Assembly (NCBI GenBank): GCA_963828885.1
Contig: CAWHGC010000016.1
Coordinates: forward strand, 952 to 64,951
DNA length: 64,000 nucleotides
Direction: 5' to 3'
DNA from: an uncultured Actinomycetes bacterium
GTDB lineage: Bacteria > Actinomycetota > UBA4738 > HRBIN12
Part shown: piece by piece, positions 21,694-30,282 of the stretch
Position numbering within the stretch: position 1 is the first letter of the stretch
Layout of the letters: the number at the start of each line of letters is the position of its first letter
Notes under the pieces: model-generated
The model's database searches: none
Seen by the model: only the letters and a program-made list of their open reading frames with translations
What the model was told of the DNA's origin: nothing
Translations under genes and position numbers: made by a program

Positions 21694-23637
21694 TCACAGG
21701 TTGCGGATCGCGACCTTCGGGATCGGATCGCCGAGCTCGAAGCCCAGCACCTGCGCGTAGAAGCTGAGCTCGGCCTCGTACCCGGCCTGGATGTGCTCCG
21801 CCTGGCGGAAGCCGTGCTGCTCGCCCTCGAACGGCAGGTAGGCGTACGGCAGCCCCTTCGCCTCGAGGGCCTCGACCATGATCTCGGCCTGCCGGGGCGG
21901 CACGACCTCGTCCTCGAGGCCCTGCAGCAGGATCACCGGGCACGAGAGCAGGTCGGCGAAGTGGATCGGCGAGCGGGCCCGGTACACGTCGGCCGCCTCC
22001 GGGTACGGGCCGACCAGCGAGTCGAGGTAGCGGGACTCGAACTTGTGCGTCCCGCCGGTCGCGAACGGCTCGAGGTCGGCGATCCCGTAGTAGCTGGCGC
22101 CGGCGCGGAAGTCGTCGTGGAAGACGAGCGCGCACAGCGTGGTGTAGCCGCCGGCGCTGCCGCCGCGGATCAGCAGCCGCTCGGCGTCGACCAGGCCCTC
22201 GGCCGCGAGGTACCGCACCGCGTTGAGGCAGTCCATCGTGTCGACGATGCCCCACATGCCGTTCAGCCGGCGTCGGTACTCGCGCCCGTACCCCGTGCTG
22301 CCGCCGTAGTTCACGTCGACGACGGCGAACCCGCGGCTCGTGAAGAACTGGGTCCCCAGCCTGAGCGCCTGCGTGCTCTCCGACGTCGGGCCCGCCGTGG
22401 CTGATCACGACGAGCGGCGGGCGCTCGTCCTGCGGGCCGTCGGCCTCAGGGTTCGCGGGGGGTAGAAGTGCGCGAAGGCCGTCAGCCCGCCCTCGGTCGG
22501 GAACGCGATCGACCGGGGGACGGAGACGTAGCCGGGGTCGAACGTCGAGCTCCTCGCTCTCGCGCAGGACCTCGACGGCGCGCGACCCGAAGTCGATCGT
22601 GACGACGGCGGGCGGGATCGCGGGCCCGCCGCCGACGAACACGGCGTGCGAGCCCTCGGCGGACAGGTACGGGTAGCCGATCGCCGAGTACGGCAGGTCG
22701 AGGTCGAGCAGCTCGCCCGAGGCCGGGTCCAGCAGCGGCCAGGTGCTGCACGCCCTCGCTCGTGTACTCGCACACGATGCGGCCGTCGGCGAGGAACGCG
22801 TACATCGACGCGCCGAACACCCAGTGGGGCCAGCCGAACTCGGCCTCGCGCGGGCACAGCGGCTCGTCGGCGCCGTCGCGGTGCCGGTAGAGGTTCCACC
22901 AGCCGGTCCGGTCGCTCACGAAGTGCAGCTCGCCGTCCGGGCTCCACGCCGGCTGGAAGATCGACTCGTCGTGACCTCCCGCCCCCGCCGGCCACGCGCG
23001 TCTCGCCGCTCACCGATCCGTCGGCCGCGAGGTCGCCCACCCACAGCTCGGTGCCGTCCCACGGCATGCGGGGGTGGTCCCACGTGAGCCAGGCGAGCCT
23101 CGAGCCGTCGGGGGAGATCCGCGGCGCGGCGAAGAAGTCGTGGCCGCCGACGATCGTGCGCGGCTCGCCGCCGTCCGCCGGCACCGCCGCGAGCTCGTTC
23201 ACGACCTCGCCGTCGGCCTCGTGCCGCTCGCGAACGCACAGCACGAGCGAGCCGTCGGCCGTCACGCGGCCGTCCGCGTACCGGTGGCGGCCGCCGGTGT
23301 CCGGCGTGATGGCGACCGGGTCGGCCGCGATCTCCTGGCGGTAGAGCCGCTGGTCCTCGTCGTTGGAGAAGACCACCGTGCCGCGGTGCACGCAGTACGC
23401 GCCGCCGCCGTACTCGTGCACGCGCGTGCGCACGTTGAACCCGGGCGGCGTGACGTCCGACGGCGAGGTGAACGCGTCCCCGCGCACCAGCACCTGGCGT
23501 CCGCCCTCGGTCGGGCGGAGCTCGAGCCAGTACACGACGCCGTCGTCCAGGAGCGTCTCGGCGAGGCCGACCCCGGCCGAGGCCAGCATCTCCGCCGTGA
23601 TCGGCGAGGACCAGGTCCCGTAGGGCCGGGTCGTCAT
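21694..23637 (-). pseudogene. S9 family serine peptidase (beta-propeller plus alpha/beta hydrolase), about five frame changes
   Basis: The N-terminus MTTRPYGTWSSPITAEML and propeller are in ORF 22405..24960. They continue in ORFs 22482..22919 and 21602..22642. The catalytic domain is in ORF 21694..22314 ([23 protein letters not shown]). Junctions are near 22975, 22735, 22545, 22457-22462 (G6 run) and 22395. Confidence 0.8.
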
Positions 23638-24504
23638 CGGCGGCCGACGACCACTCGCGTCACCTTCAGCTCGCCGCCCTTGGTGCTCGCGATCTCGCGC
23701 AGGCCGGCGTCGCGCATCACCCGCCGGACCTCCTTCGTGCGGTCGGGACTGACCTCGATCAGCAGCCAGCCGCCGGGCCGGAGCCAGCGCTCGGACTCCT
23801 CGGCGGCCCGGACGACGAGGCCGAGGCCGTCGACGCTGCTGTCGGTCAGGGTGTGCTTCGGCTCCCACTTGCGGACCTCGTCGGGCAGGTCCTTCGACCT
23901 CCGCGCGCGGCACGTACGGCGGGTGCAGGGTGATCACGTCCACGGTGCCGGCGATCTTCTTCGGCAGGCCGTCGAACATGTCGCCGGCGCGGAACGTGGC
24001 CTTCAGGCCCAGACCCTTGGCGTTCTTGCGCGCGAGCTTCACGGCGTCCTCGGACAGGTCGGCCCCGTACACGGTGGCCTTCGGCACCTCGTTCGCGACG
24101 GCGAGGGCGATCGTGCCGACCCCCGTCGCGAGGTCCACGTGCACCGGCCGCTTCCGCCTGCGGAGTCGGCGGATCGCCTGCTCGGCGAGGAACTCGCTGG
24201 AGTCACGTGGCACGAACGAGCCGGGCTCCGCGATCAGCTCGAGGCCGCGGAACTCCGTGTACCCCTTGATGAAGGGGATCGGCTCGCCGGTCGCGCGGCG
24301 CTCCACCATGGCCTCGAAGCGGCGCCGAACCTTGGCGGGGATCTCCTCGGTCGGGTCGGGGTCCTCCTCGACCCCGAGCGCGAACATCATCAGGTCCTCG
24401 GCCTCGATCCGCTCGCGGTCCTTCTGCCAGTGGTCGAGCGAGGACGACGCCTTCAGCGTCTTCACGGCGCGGTCGGTGAGCTTGCCCGCATTCACGCGCC
24501 GCAT
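23634..24504 (-). pseudogene. HemK/PrmC-related class I methyltransferase, one frame change
   Basis: MRRVNAGKL..VDLATGVGTIALAVA..VITLHPPYVP lies in ORF 22405..24960. After about 23895 the frame shifts to KDLPDEVRKWEPKHTLTD...GGWLLIEVSPD..VVVGRR*. The stop overlaps the ATG of the S9 peptidase gene (ATGA). Confidence 0.7.
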
Positions 24505-24528
24505 CGTACCCGCTCGTACACTTCGGTC

Positions 24529-24982
24529 ATGACCGACGCCGCCGACCGGCCGGCCCAGAAGAGCGACCAGAAGAGCGACCCGAAGCGCGCCCGGAAGAGC
24601 GTGAAGAAGTCCGCCGCGAAGAAGGCGGCGCCGAAGCCGCGCCGGCCCCGCGCCGATCGGGCGCCCGACGGGCAGCTCCGGCTCACCGGCGACCGGCTCG
24701 TCGTGCGCACGCCCGAGAACGGGGAGCGAACCTCGAGCGGCGGCCTGCTGATCCCGGCCACCGCGATGCCGGCGCCGAAGCGGCTCATCTGGGCCGACGT
24801 CGCGCTCGTCGGCCCCGACGTCCGGGTCGCCAAGCGCGGCGACCGGGTGCTCTTCCTGCCGCAGTCCGGCCTCGAGGTCGAGCTCGAGGGCGAGGAGGTC
24901 CTGCTGCTGCGCGAGCGCGACGTGCAGGCCGTGCAGACGGCCGCCGAGGGCCGCGACCACGGCGTCCGGCCAGTACCTCTAG
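24529..24982 (+). CDS. GroES (Cpn10)-fold protein with Lys/Arg-rich N-terminal tail, frame disruption near the 3' end
   Basis: MTDAADRPAQKSDQKSDPKRARKSVKKSAAKKAAPKPRRPR is followed by a GroES-like core (LTGDRLVV..ERTSSGGLLIP..KRGDRVLF..GEEVLLLRERDVQAV) in ORF 23074..25452. A shift near 24945 gives ..AATTASGQYL* ending at TAG 24980-24982. Without it the frame runs on for about 470 nt. Confidence 0.7.
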
Positions 24983-25384
24983 GCCGGCACGAAGCTCAGC
25001 CGCAGCACGCGCCGGTCGTTCTCGCGGTTCGTGTCGACGACCACCACCGACTGCCAGGTCCCGAGTGCGAGCGCGCCGGCCAGCACCGGCACCGTCAGGC
25101 TCGGGCTCACGAAGACCGGCAGCAGGTGATCGGCGCCGTGCCCCGTGCTGCCGTGCCGATGCGCGTACCGGTCGTCGCGCGGCAGCAGCCGATCGAGCGC
25201 CTCCTCGAGGTCGCCCTCCGACCCCGAGCCCGTCTCCATCAGCGCGAGCCCGGCCGTCGCGTGCGGCAGGAACGCGTGCAGGAGGCCGTCGCCGCCCTGC
25301 TCGGCGGCGAACGCGCGCCACGTCCGGGGTCACGTCGATCACGCGCCGCCCGTGCGTGTCCAGCTCGAGTTCGACCGACCGCAC
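24979..25384 (-). pseudogene. YjbQ/UPF0047 family protein (secondary thiamine-phosphate synthase-like), one frame change
   Basis: A GTG start at 25384 gives VRSVELELDTHGRRVIDVTPDVAR in ORF 24785..26173. After about 25312 it continues as FAAEQGGDGLLHAFLPHATAGLALMETGSG... in the frame of ORF 24979..25239. Confidence 0.75.
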
Positions 25385-26071
25385 TACGGCATCGAGCTCG
25401 GTGGGCCCTCCGGCGGCGCCGGCTCCGGAGGCGGCAACGTCTCGCCGGGTGACGGCGCGGCGGGGGCCGAGGGCGTGGGCGGCGGCGAGCCGAACCCTCC
25501 TGCCGGAGCGCCGAACCCGCCGGATGGATCCGCCGGACCGGCGGGTACCCCGGCCGACGGCGTCGACACCGGACCTGCGGTGAGCGCCATGGCACCCGCA
25601 GCGATCGCCGCGACGCCACCGAAGATCACCACGTACAGCCCGAAGGAGATCGAGACCGTGACCTGTCCGTCGTCGATCGCCGCCTGAACGGCCGTGCTCG
25701 GCCGTCGCCTCGTCGGGAAGGATGCCCTGGGAGACGAGCTCGCTCACCAAGGCGTCGTGGAACTGGTCCTCGGCCGTGACGGCGGTGTACGCGGCGACCC
25801 CGGTCGCGACGATGCCGCCGATCAGGACGGCGGCGGCGATCTGGCGGATGCGGCCCTGCCGCATGGCGACGAAGGATCGGATCGCGATGCCGGCCCCCGC
25901 GATGAGGCAGACCTTGCCCTCCCATCCGTCGAATCCCGCCGCGGTCTGGGAATTGCCGAGCGCGGTCTCCTTCGCCCAGGGCAGGAAGGCGCCGATCGCG
26001 ATGACGACCCCGGCCACGATGCCGATCAGGGGCGCCGGAGACGACGTTGAAGAAGCTGTGGATGCCTGCAT
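25384..26071 (-). pseudogene. integral membrane protein with Pro/Gly-rich C-terminus, one frame change
   Basis: MQASTASSTSSPAPLIGIVAGVVIAIGAFLPW... (GGGAGGGAGG upstream) lies in ORF 24785..26173. The last TM segment and tail are in the frame of ORF 25384..25632. The junction is near 25690. Confidence 0.6.
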
Positions 26072-26198
26072 GGAACCTCCCTCCCTCTCGCACAGGAGTG
26101 TTCCACCGCCTCCTGGCTCGGGAAAGCTCATCCACGACCCCGGTGGGCCCTCACGGAGACTCGCTTGACGCAACGATGTAATGATGTAATCTCAACGT

Positions 26199-26726
26199 AT
26201 GACACAGACACGATCCACCTCACCCGATGAGCTCCAGGGCTGGTTCGCCGGCCGCATCCCCGCCGACTGGTTCGTGGGCGCCCCCGTCGTGACGGCCGAC
26301 CGGGACGAGATCCTGGTCGTCGGCACCCTCGCGGAGCCCGAGCTCGCCGGCCGACGCCACCGCCGAGACGCGCGCTGCGGCCCTCGCCTCCCGGGTGGCG
26401 GGACACCGCGAGGACACCCGGGTCAAGCGCATGCAGATCGCCGACGAGGCCCAGCACCGGTTCGGACGCCGCGTCTCGTGGGGCGCCGAGGCCGGCGACC
26501 AGCGGCACCTGTTCACGACGGTCAGCGTGCCGGCCATGACGCGACTGCGCCTGCCGGAGCGGCAGGTGCTCGACACCTGGTCGACGCCGGCGTCGCGCGC
26601 AGCCGCAGCCACGCGCTCGCGTGGTGCGTCCGGCTCGTCGCCGAACGGCAGGACGACTGGCTGAAGGATCTGCGCGAGGCCCTCGTACAGGTGGAGGCCG
26701 TCCGCGAGCAGGGACCGCAGGACTGA
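26199..26726 (+). pseudogene. conserved hypothetical protein whose ORF is open but centrally scrambled by a compensating frameshift pair
   Basis: ORF 26199..26726 is protein-like at both ends, but its middle is Arg/Pro/Gly junk. The frame of ORF 26395..26664 encodes ..DATAETRAAALASRVAGHREDTRVKRMQIADEAQHRFGRRVSWG..MTRLRLPERQVLDT. Junctions are near 26350 and 26578. Confidence 0.6.
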
Positions 26727-26814
26727 AGCGAACGTCGCGGCCCTCGGGCGCGACACGAAGACGACGGAGGGGTCACCGGGAGGAGCCGGTGGCCCCTTCG
26801 TTTCTGAACGTGCG

Positions 26815-27015
26815 CTACTCGGCGCTCAGGCCCATGCGGTACACGTGGCGATCGCGCGAGTGGTCGAACAGCGCGACCTCCTCGACGCCGTTGGCCGCGA
26901 GGTCCTGCCACGAGATGCTGATCCAGGCCTCGGCGGCCTCGGGGTCCTCGAAGCGAGACGAGCGACCGAGCTCGTTGCCCTCGGTGTCCAGGTACGCCCA
27001 CTCGAACACGCTCAT
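26815..27015 (-). CDS. small hypothetical protein (66 aa)
   Basis: Intact ORF with coding-like composition. Its start overlaps the stop of the upstream gene (ATGA at 27012-27015). Confidence 0.6.
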   Translation of the reverse strand: MSVFEWAYLDTEGNELGRSSRFEDPEAAEAWISISWQDLAANGVEEVALFDHSRDRHVYRMGLSAE

Positions 27016-27245
27016 GCCCTCCGGATCCCCACGATCATGTTGACGGCGGTGCTGACGAGGACCTCGTCGCCGGCCGCAAGGTCGGCGGGCACGGACTCGC
27101 GACCGAGTCGCGCGGTCTCCATGGAGCGGTCCCGGTACGCGACCGTGACGTCGACGTAGCCGACGCCGTGCACGTCCCAGGCCTTGACCTCGAGCACCAG
27201 CGCCTCCCGTTCACCCAGCACAGCCGCGCAGCGTACCGCAGCCAT
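27012..27245 (-). CDS. small hypothetical protein (77 aa)
   Basis: Intact ORF, translationally coupled to 26815..27015. I recognise no family with confidence. Confidence 0.55.
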   Translation of the reverse strand: MAAVRCAAVLGEREALVLEVKAWDVHGVGYVDVTVAYRDRSMETARLGRESVPADLAAGDEVLVSTAVNMIVGIRRA

Positions 27246-27358
27246 CGTAGGCTGCTCGAGTCCCGGGTATCGACCACCCCGCTGCTAGGGTTGAGGGACC
27301 GTGCGCCCCACACACGGACCGACTCAAGGTTCGACGCGCCGGGGCCGACCCTCAAGGT

Positions 27359-28645
27359 ATGCCGAGGGGGACTCGTGTTCAGCGTCGCGTCCTGACGATC
27401 GCGCTCGTCGCGACGTTCCTGTGTCTCGCGGCGCCCTCTCCCGTCGTGCAGGCCGCCGATCGAACGGTCCCGCGCCGACTCACGGTCGGTGAGCCGGGCT
27501 CCGGACCGCCGCTCGCGCCGCCGAACCTCGACCGCACCGCGATGGCGCGAGCCACCACGGTGAAGTGGAACGACGTGCCCGCCGGCTACTGGGACCGTGG
27601 CGCGATCGACTACGTCGGCAAGACCTACCGCTGGATGCGGGACTACCCCGCCGCCGGCGACGGCACGTTCCCCTTCAAGCCCGACCGGCTCGAGTCGCGC
27701 AAGCTGTTCGCGAGCGCCGTCGTGATGGCGTTCGCTCCGAGCGTCGACATCGACCCGAAGATCACGTTCGACGACCTCCCGAGCGACTCGCCCTACTACC
27801 GGTACGCGAACGTGGCCGTGCAGAAGGGCTGGATGGAGCGCACGAACCAGGGCACGAGCTTCTCGCCGGCCGCTCCGGTCACGACGCGTACCGTGCACAA
27901 GGTGCTGGTGCTGGCGCTGGGGCTGAAGACGGAGGCGGCGGGCCTGGACAGGATCCACACGCACAGCGGGTACCGGTTCGACACGCCGAACAACTTCGGG
28001 ACGTTGCTGCTGGGTATGCGACTTGGTCTGCGCTACAACCACTCCGACGAGTCCATGGACGTCGGCCCCGACACGCCGCTGCCCCGCTCCGAGGTCGCGT
28101 GGTCGCTGTACCAGGCCGCGACGGTCAACTCGTGGGAGCTGTCGGACATGGAGCCGTACGCGAACATCGAGCTGCCGAACATGAGCGCGAAGAAGCTCGA
28201 CGTCGTGCAGTGGGGGATCGAGTTCGTCGGCTATCCGTACGTGTGGGGCGGCGAGTGGGACAAGAAGAGCCCCAAGGGCTACCCGTTCGGCGCCCAACCC
28301 GTCGGCGGATTCGACTGCTCCGGCCTGACGTGGTGGAACATCAAGGCCTCCGGCGGCGGCTGGGACAACCAACCCCCGAGGCCGTACCACGGCTGGAACC
28401 TCCCGCAGCGAACGAGCGCCGACATGGCGAGCGTCGGCAGCGTCCGCTACCGCGGCCTCGAGGTCGGCGACCTGATGTTCTACGACGGCGACGGCGATCA
28501 CCGCGTCGACCACGTCGACACGTTCATCGGCAACGGGTGGTCGCTGGACTCCGGCGGCAGCAACGGCGGCGTCACGATCACCTACACCGGCCCGGGGTCC
28601 TGGTACGACGACCACTTCGTGCACGGCCGCCGGGTGATGGGCTGA
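27359..28645 (+). CDS. secreted NlpC/P60 (C40) cell-wall peptidase with N-terminal SLH-like repeats
   Basis: Intact 428-aa ORF with a signal peptide (..ATFLCLAAPSPVVQAAD). It has two repeats of the type F.DVP..YW..AI.Y and a C-terminal NlpC/P60 core (GGFDCSGLTWW ... HVDTFIGNG). Confidence 0.8.
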   Translation: MPRGTRVQRRVLTIALVATFLCLAAPSPVVQAADRTVPRRLTVGEPGSGPPLAPPNLDRTAMARATTVKWNDVPAGYWDRGAIDYVGKTYRWMRDYPAAGDGTFPFKPDRLESRKLFASAVVMAFAPSVDIDPKITFDDLPSDSPYYRYANVAVQKGWMERTNQGTSFSPAAPVTTRTVHKVLVLALGLKTEAAGLDRIHTHSGYRFDTPNNFGTLLLGMRLGLRYNHSDESMDVGPDTPLPRSEVAWSLYQAATVNSWELSDMEPYANIELPNMSAKKLDVVQWGIEFVGYPYVWGGEWDKKSPKGYPFGAQPVGGFDCSGLTWWNIKASGGGWDNQPPRPYHGWNLPQRTSADMASVGSVRYRGLEVGDLMFYDGDGDHRVDHVDTFIGNGWSLDSGGSNGGVTITYTGPGSWYDDHFVHGRRVMG

Positions 28646-28662
28646 TCGTCACGCGCTGATCG

Positions 28663-29061
28663 TCAGGCGCCGTCCAGCTCCCGTTGCAGGATCGCCCGTT
28701 CCTCCTCGGTGAGCGGCCGGCTCTTCGGTTCGTCGGGCTTCCGCGGCACGATCACGCTCTCGGCCTCGGCGCTGACGGTGCCGTCGAGCTTCACGATCTC
28801 CTCGCGCGTGCGCACGCTGGAGCGGCCGAACGAGTCGAGCCAGCACCGCACGATCACCTCGCCGTCGTCCTGCGTGAGCTGACTGCGGTAGTCGATGCCC
28901 ACGTGCGCGAGCACGAAGTCCCAGGTGTCGGCGACGCCGCCCAGGACGCCCTGCGCCCACGCGTCGCGGCAGTCCTCGAGGTAGTTCAGGTACACCGCGT
29001 TGTTCACGTGGCCGTACGCGTCCATGTCGCGCCAGCGGATCTGGATCCTGATCTCATGCAT
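28663..29061 (-). CDS. acyl-CoA thioesterase, 4HBT/YbgC hotdog family
   Basis: Starts MHEIRIQIRWRDMDAYGHVNNAVYLNYLE within ORF 28663..29178. This is a typical 4HBT N-terminal catalytic region. Confidence 0.8.
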   Translation of the reverse strand: MHEIRIQIRWRDMDAYGHVNNAVYLNYLEDCRDAWAQGVLGGVADTWDFVLAHVGIDYRSQLTQDDGEVIVRCWLDSFGRSSVRTREEIVKLDGTVSAEAESVIVPRKPDEPKSRPLTEEERAILQRELDGA

Positions 29062-29072
29062 GGCGCGCGAGC

Positions 29073-29306
29073 CTATCCGTCGGTGGGGATCCGGTCCACA
29101 TGCACGCCCTGATCCAACAGCCACGCGACGGCGCGCTCGATCTCGTCGTCCTCGCCGGTGAGCTCGACGATGAACCACGACGCGTCGGGCTCCACGTTCG
29201 CTCGGCGGATGTTGAGATGCAGCGGGAACGAGGTGCGCAGCATCGCGACCGTTCGCTCGCGCTCCGCGCCGTCGGGGAACGTGAGATGGAACTGCTCGGA
29301 GCTCAC
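29073..29306 (-). CDS. free-standing NIL-domain-like small protein (77 aa)
   Basis: A GTG start at 29306 overlaps the larE-like stop (GTGA). The product is MSSEQFHLTFPDGAERERTVAMLRTSFPLHLNIRRANVEPDASWFIVELTGEDDEIERAVAWLLDQGVHVDRI. This resembles the NIL (MetN C-terminal) fold pattern; the assignment is from memory of the family. Confidence 0.55.
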   Translation of the reverse strand: MSSEQFHLTFPDGAERERTVAMLRTSFPLHLNIRRANVEPDASWFIVELTGEDDEIERAVAWLLDQGVHVDRIPTDG

Positions 29307-30112
29307 GGCGACGCGTCCGGCGGGTTCATCGACCCCGAGCGGAAGCCCTCGAGGTCGAGGGTCACGTAGCGGTACCCGAGCGACTTCAGCGACTCGACGA
29401 CCCGGGCGCGGACCTCGGGTTCGGCGAGCCGCTGCAGGTCGGCCGGCTCCACCTCCACGCGCACCAGGTCGTCGTGCACGCGCACGCGGCACTGGACGAA
29501 CCCCAGATCCTTCAGCACCCGCTCGGCGCGGCCGACCTTCGACAGCATCTCGACGCTGATCGTGACACCGAACGCGATCCTCGACGACAGGCAGGCCGAC
29601 GCGGGCTTGTCCCACGTGGGGATGCCGAGCTCGCGGGCGGCCAGGCGGACCTCGGGCTTGGTCATGCCGACCTCGACGAGCGGATGACGAACCCCGTGCT
29701 CGGCGGCGGCGCGCAGGCCCGGCCGGAAGTCACCGAGGTCGTCGGCGTTCGCGCCCGAGACGACCTGCGCGCCCCCGGCCTCGGCCGCCACGGCCCCCAG
29801 GACGTCGTAGAGCTCGGTCTTGCAGTGGTAGCAGCGGTCGGTGCCGTTGGCGAGGTAGGCGGGCAGCTCGGCCTCGCGGGTGCGTACCGTGCGGTGCCGG
29901 ATCCCGAGGAGGGCGGCCACCTGCGCCGCCTGCTCGGCCTCTCCCGGCGGCAGTGACGGCGAGACGGCCGTGACGGCCAGGGCCCGGTCGCCCAGGGTCC
30001 GGGCGGCGACGGCCGCCACCAGCGCCGAGTCCGTGCCGCCGGAGTACGCGACCACCACGCGGTCGGCCTCGGCGAGGACCTCGTGCAGCTGCCCGAGCTT
30101 GGTCGGCGACAT
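29303..30112 (-). CDS. PP-loop ATP-utilising enzyme, LarE/TIGR00268-like sulfur transferase
   Basis: Starts MSPTKLGQLHEVL in ORF 29303..31939. It has the PP-loop VAYSGGTDSALV and Cys residues in DRCYHCK and SACLSSR (a three-Cys pattern). Confidence 0.75.
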   Translation of the reverse strand: MSPTKLGQLHEVLAEADRVVVAYSGGTDSALVAAVAARTLGDRALAVTAVSPSLPPGEAEQAAQVAALLGIRHRTVRTREAELPAYLANGTDRCYHCKTELYDVLGAVAAEAGGAQVVSGANADDLGDFRPGLRAAAEHGVRHPLVEVGMTKPEVRLAARELGIPTWDKPASACLSSRIAFGVTISVEMLSKVGRAERVLKDLGFVQCRVRVHDDLVRVEVEPADLQRLAEPEVRARVVESLKSLGYRYVTLDLEGFRSGSMNPPDASP

Positions 30113-30166
30113 GCGGCCGATTCTCCCACTGCCGGGGCCGGGCACAGGAAGGAGGCCCCGAACGTT

Positions 30167-30200
30167 GAGAACGGACCCGGCGGGGGCCGGATCCGTTCTC
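30167..30200 (-). terminator. GC-rich 14-bp stem hairpin between the MFS-cNMP gene and the larE-like gene
   Basis: GAGAACGGACCCGG-CGGGGG-CCGGATCCGTTCTC. The single non-Watson-Crick position is a G-U pair on the minus-strand transcript and a C-A mismatch on the plus strand. There is no U-tract. Confidence 0.4.
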
Positions 30201-30282
30201 GTTGGAGAGAGGGGCTCCACCTGTCCTTCGGCGCCCTCGCGCCGGCGGTTCGCCCTCGATGTTGCGGTTCCGTGACGGTCGG

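Noticed and set aside
27246-27358. I considered a c-di-AMP (ydaO-type) riboswitch upstream of the NlpC/P60 hydrolase, a common arrangement in Actinobacteria.
   Set aside because: The 113-nt region is short for that class, and I cannot see the conserved pseudo-symmetric motifs by eye. A covariance-model search (Rfam ydaO-yuaA) would be needed to revisit this.
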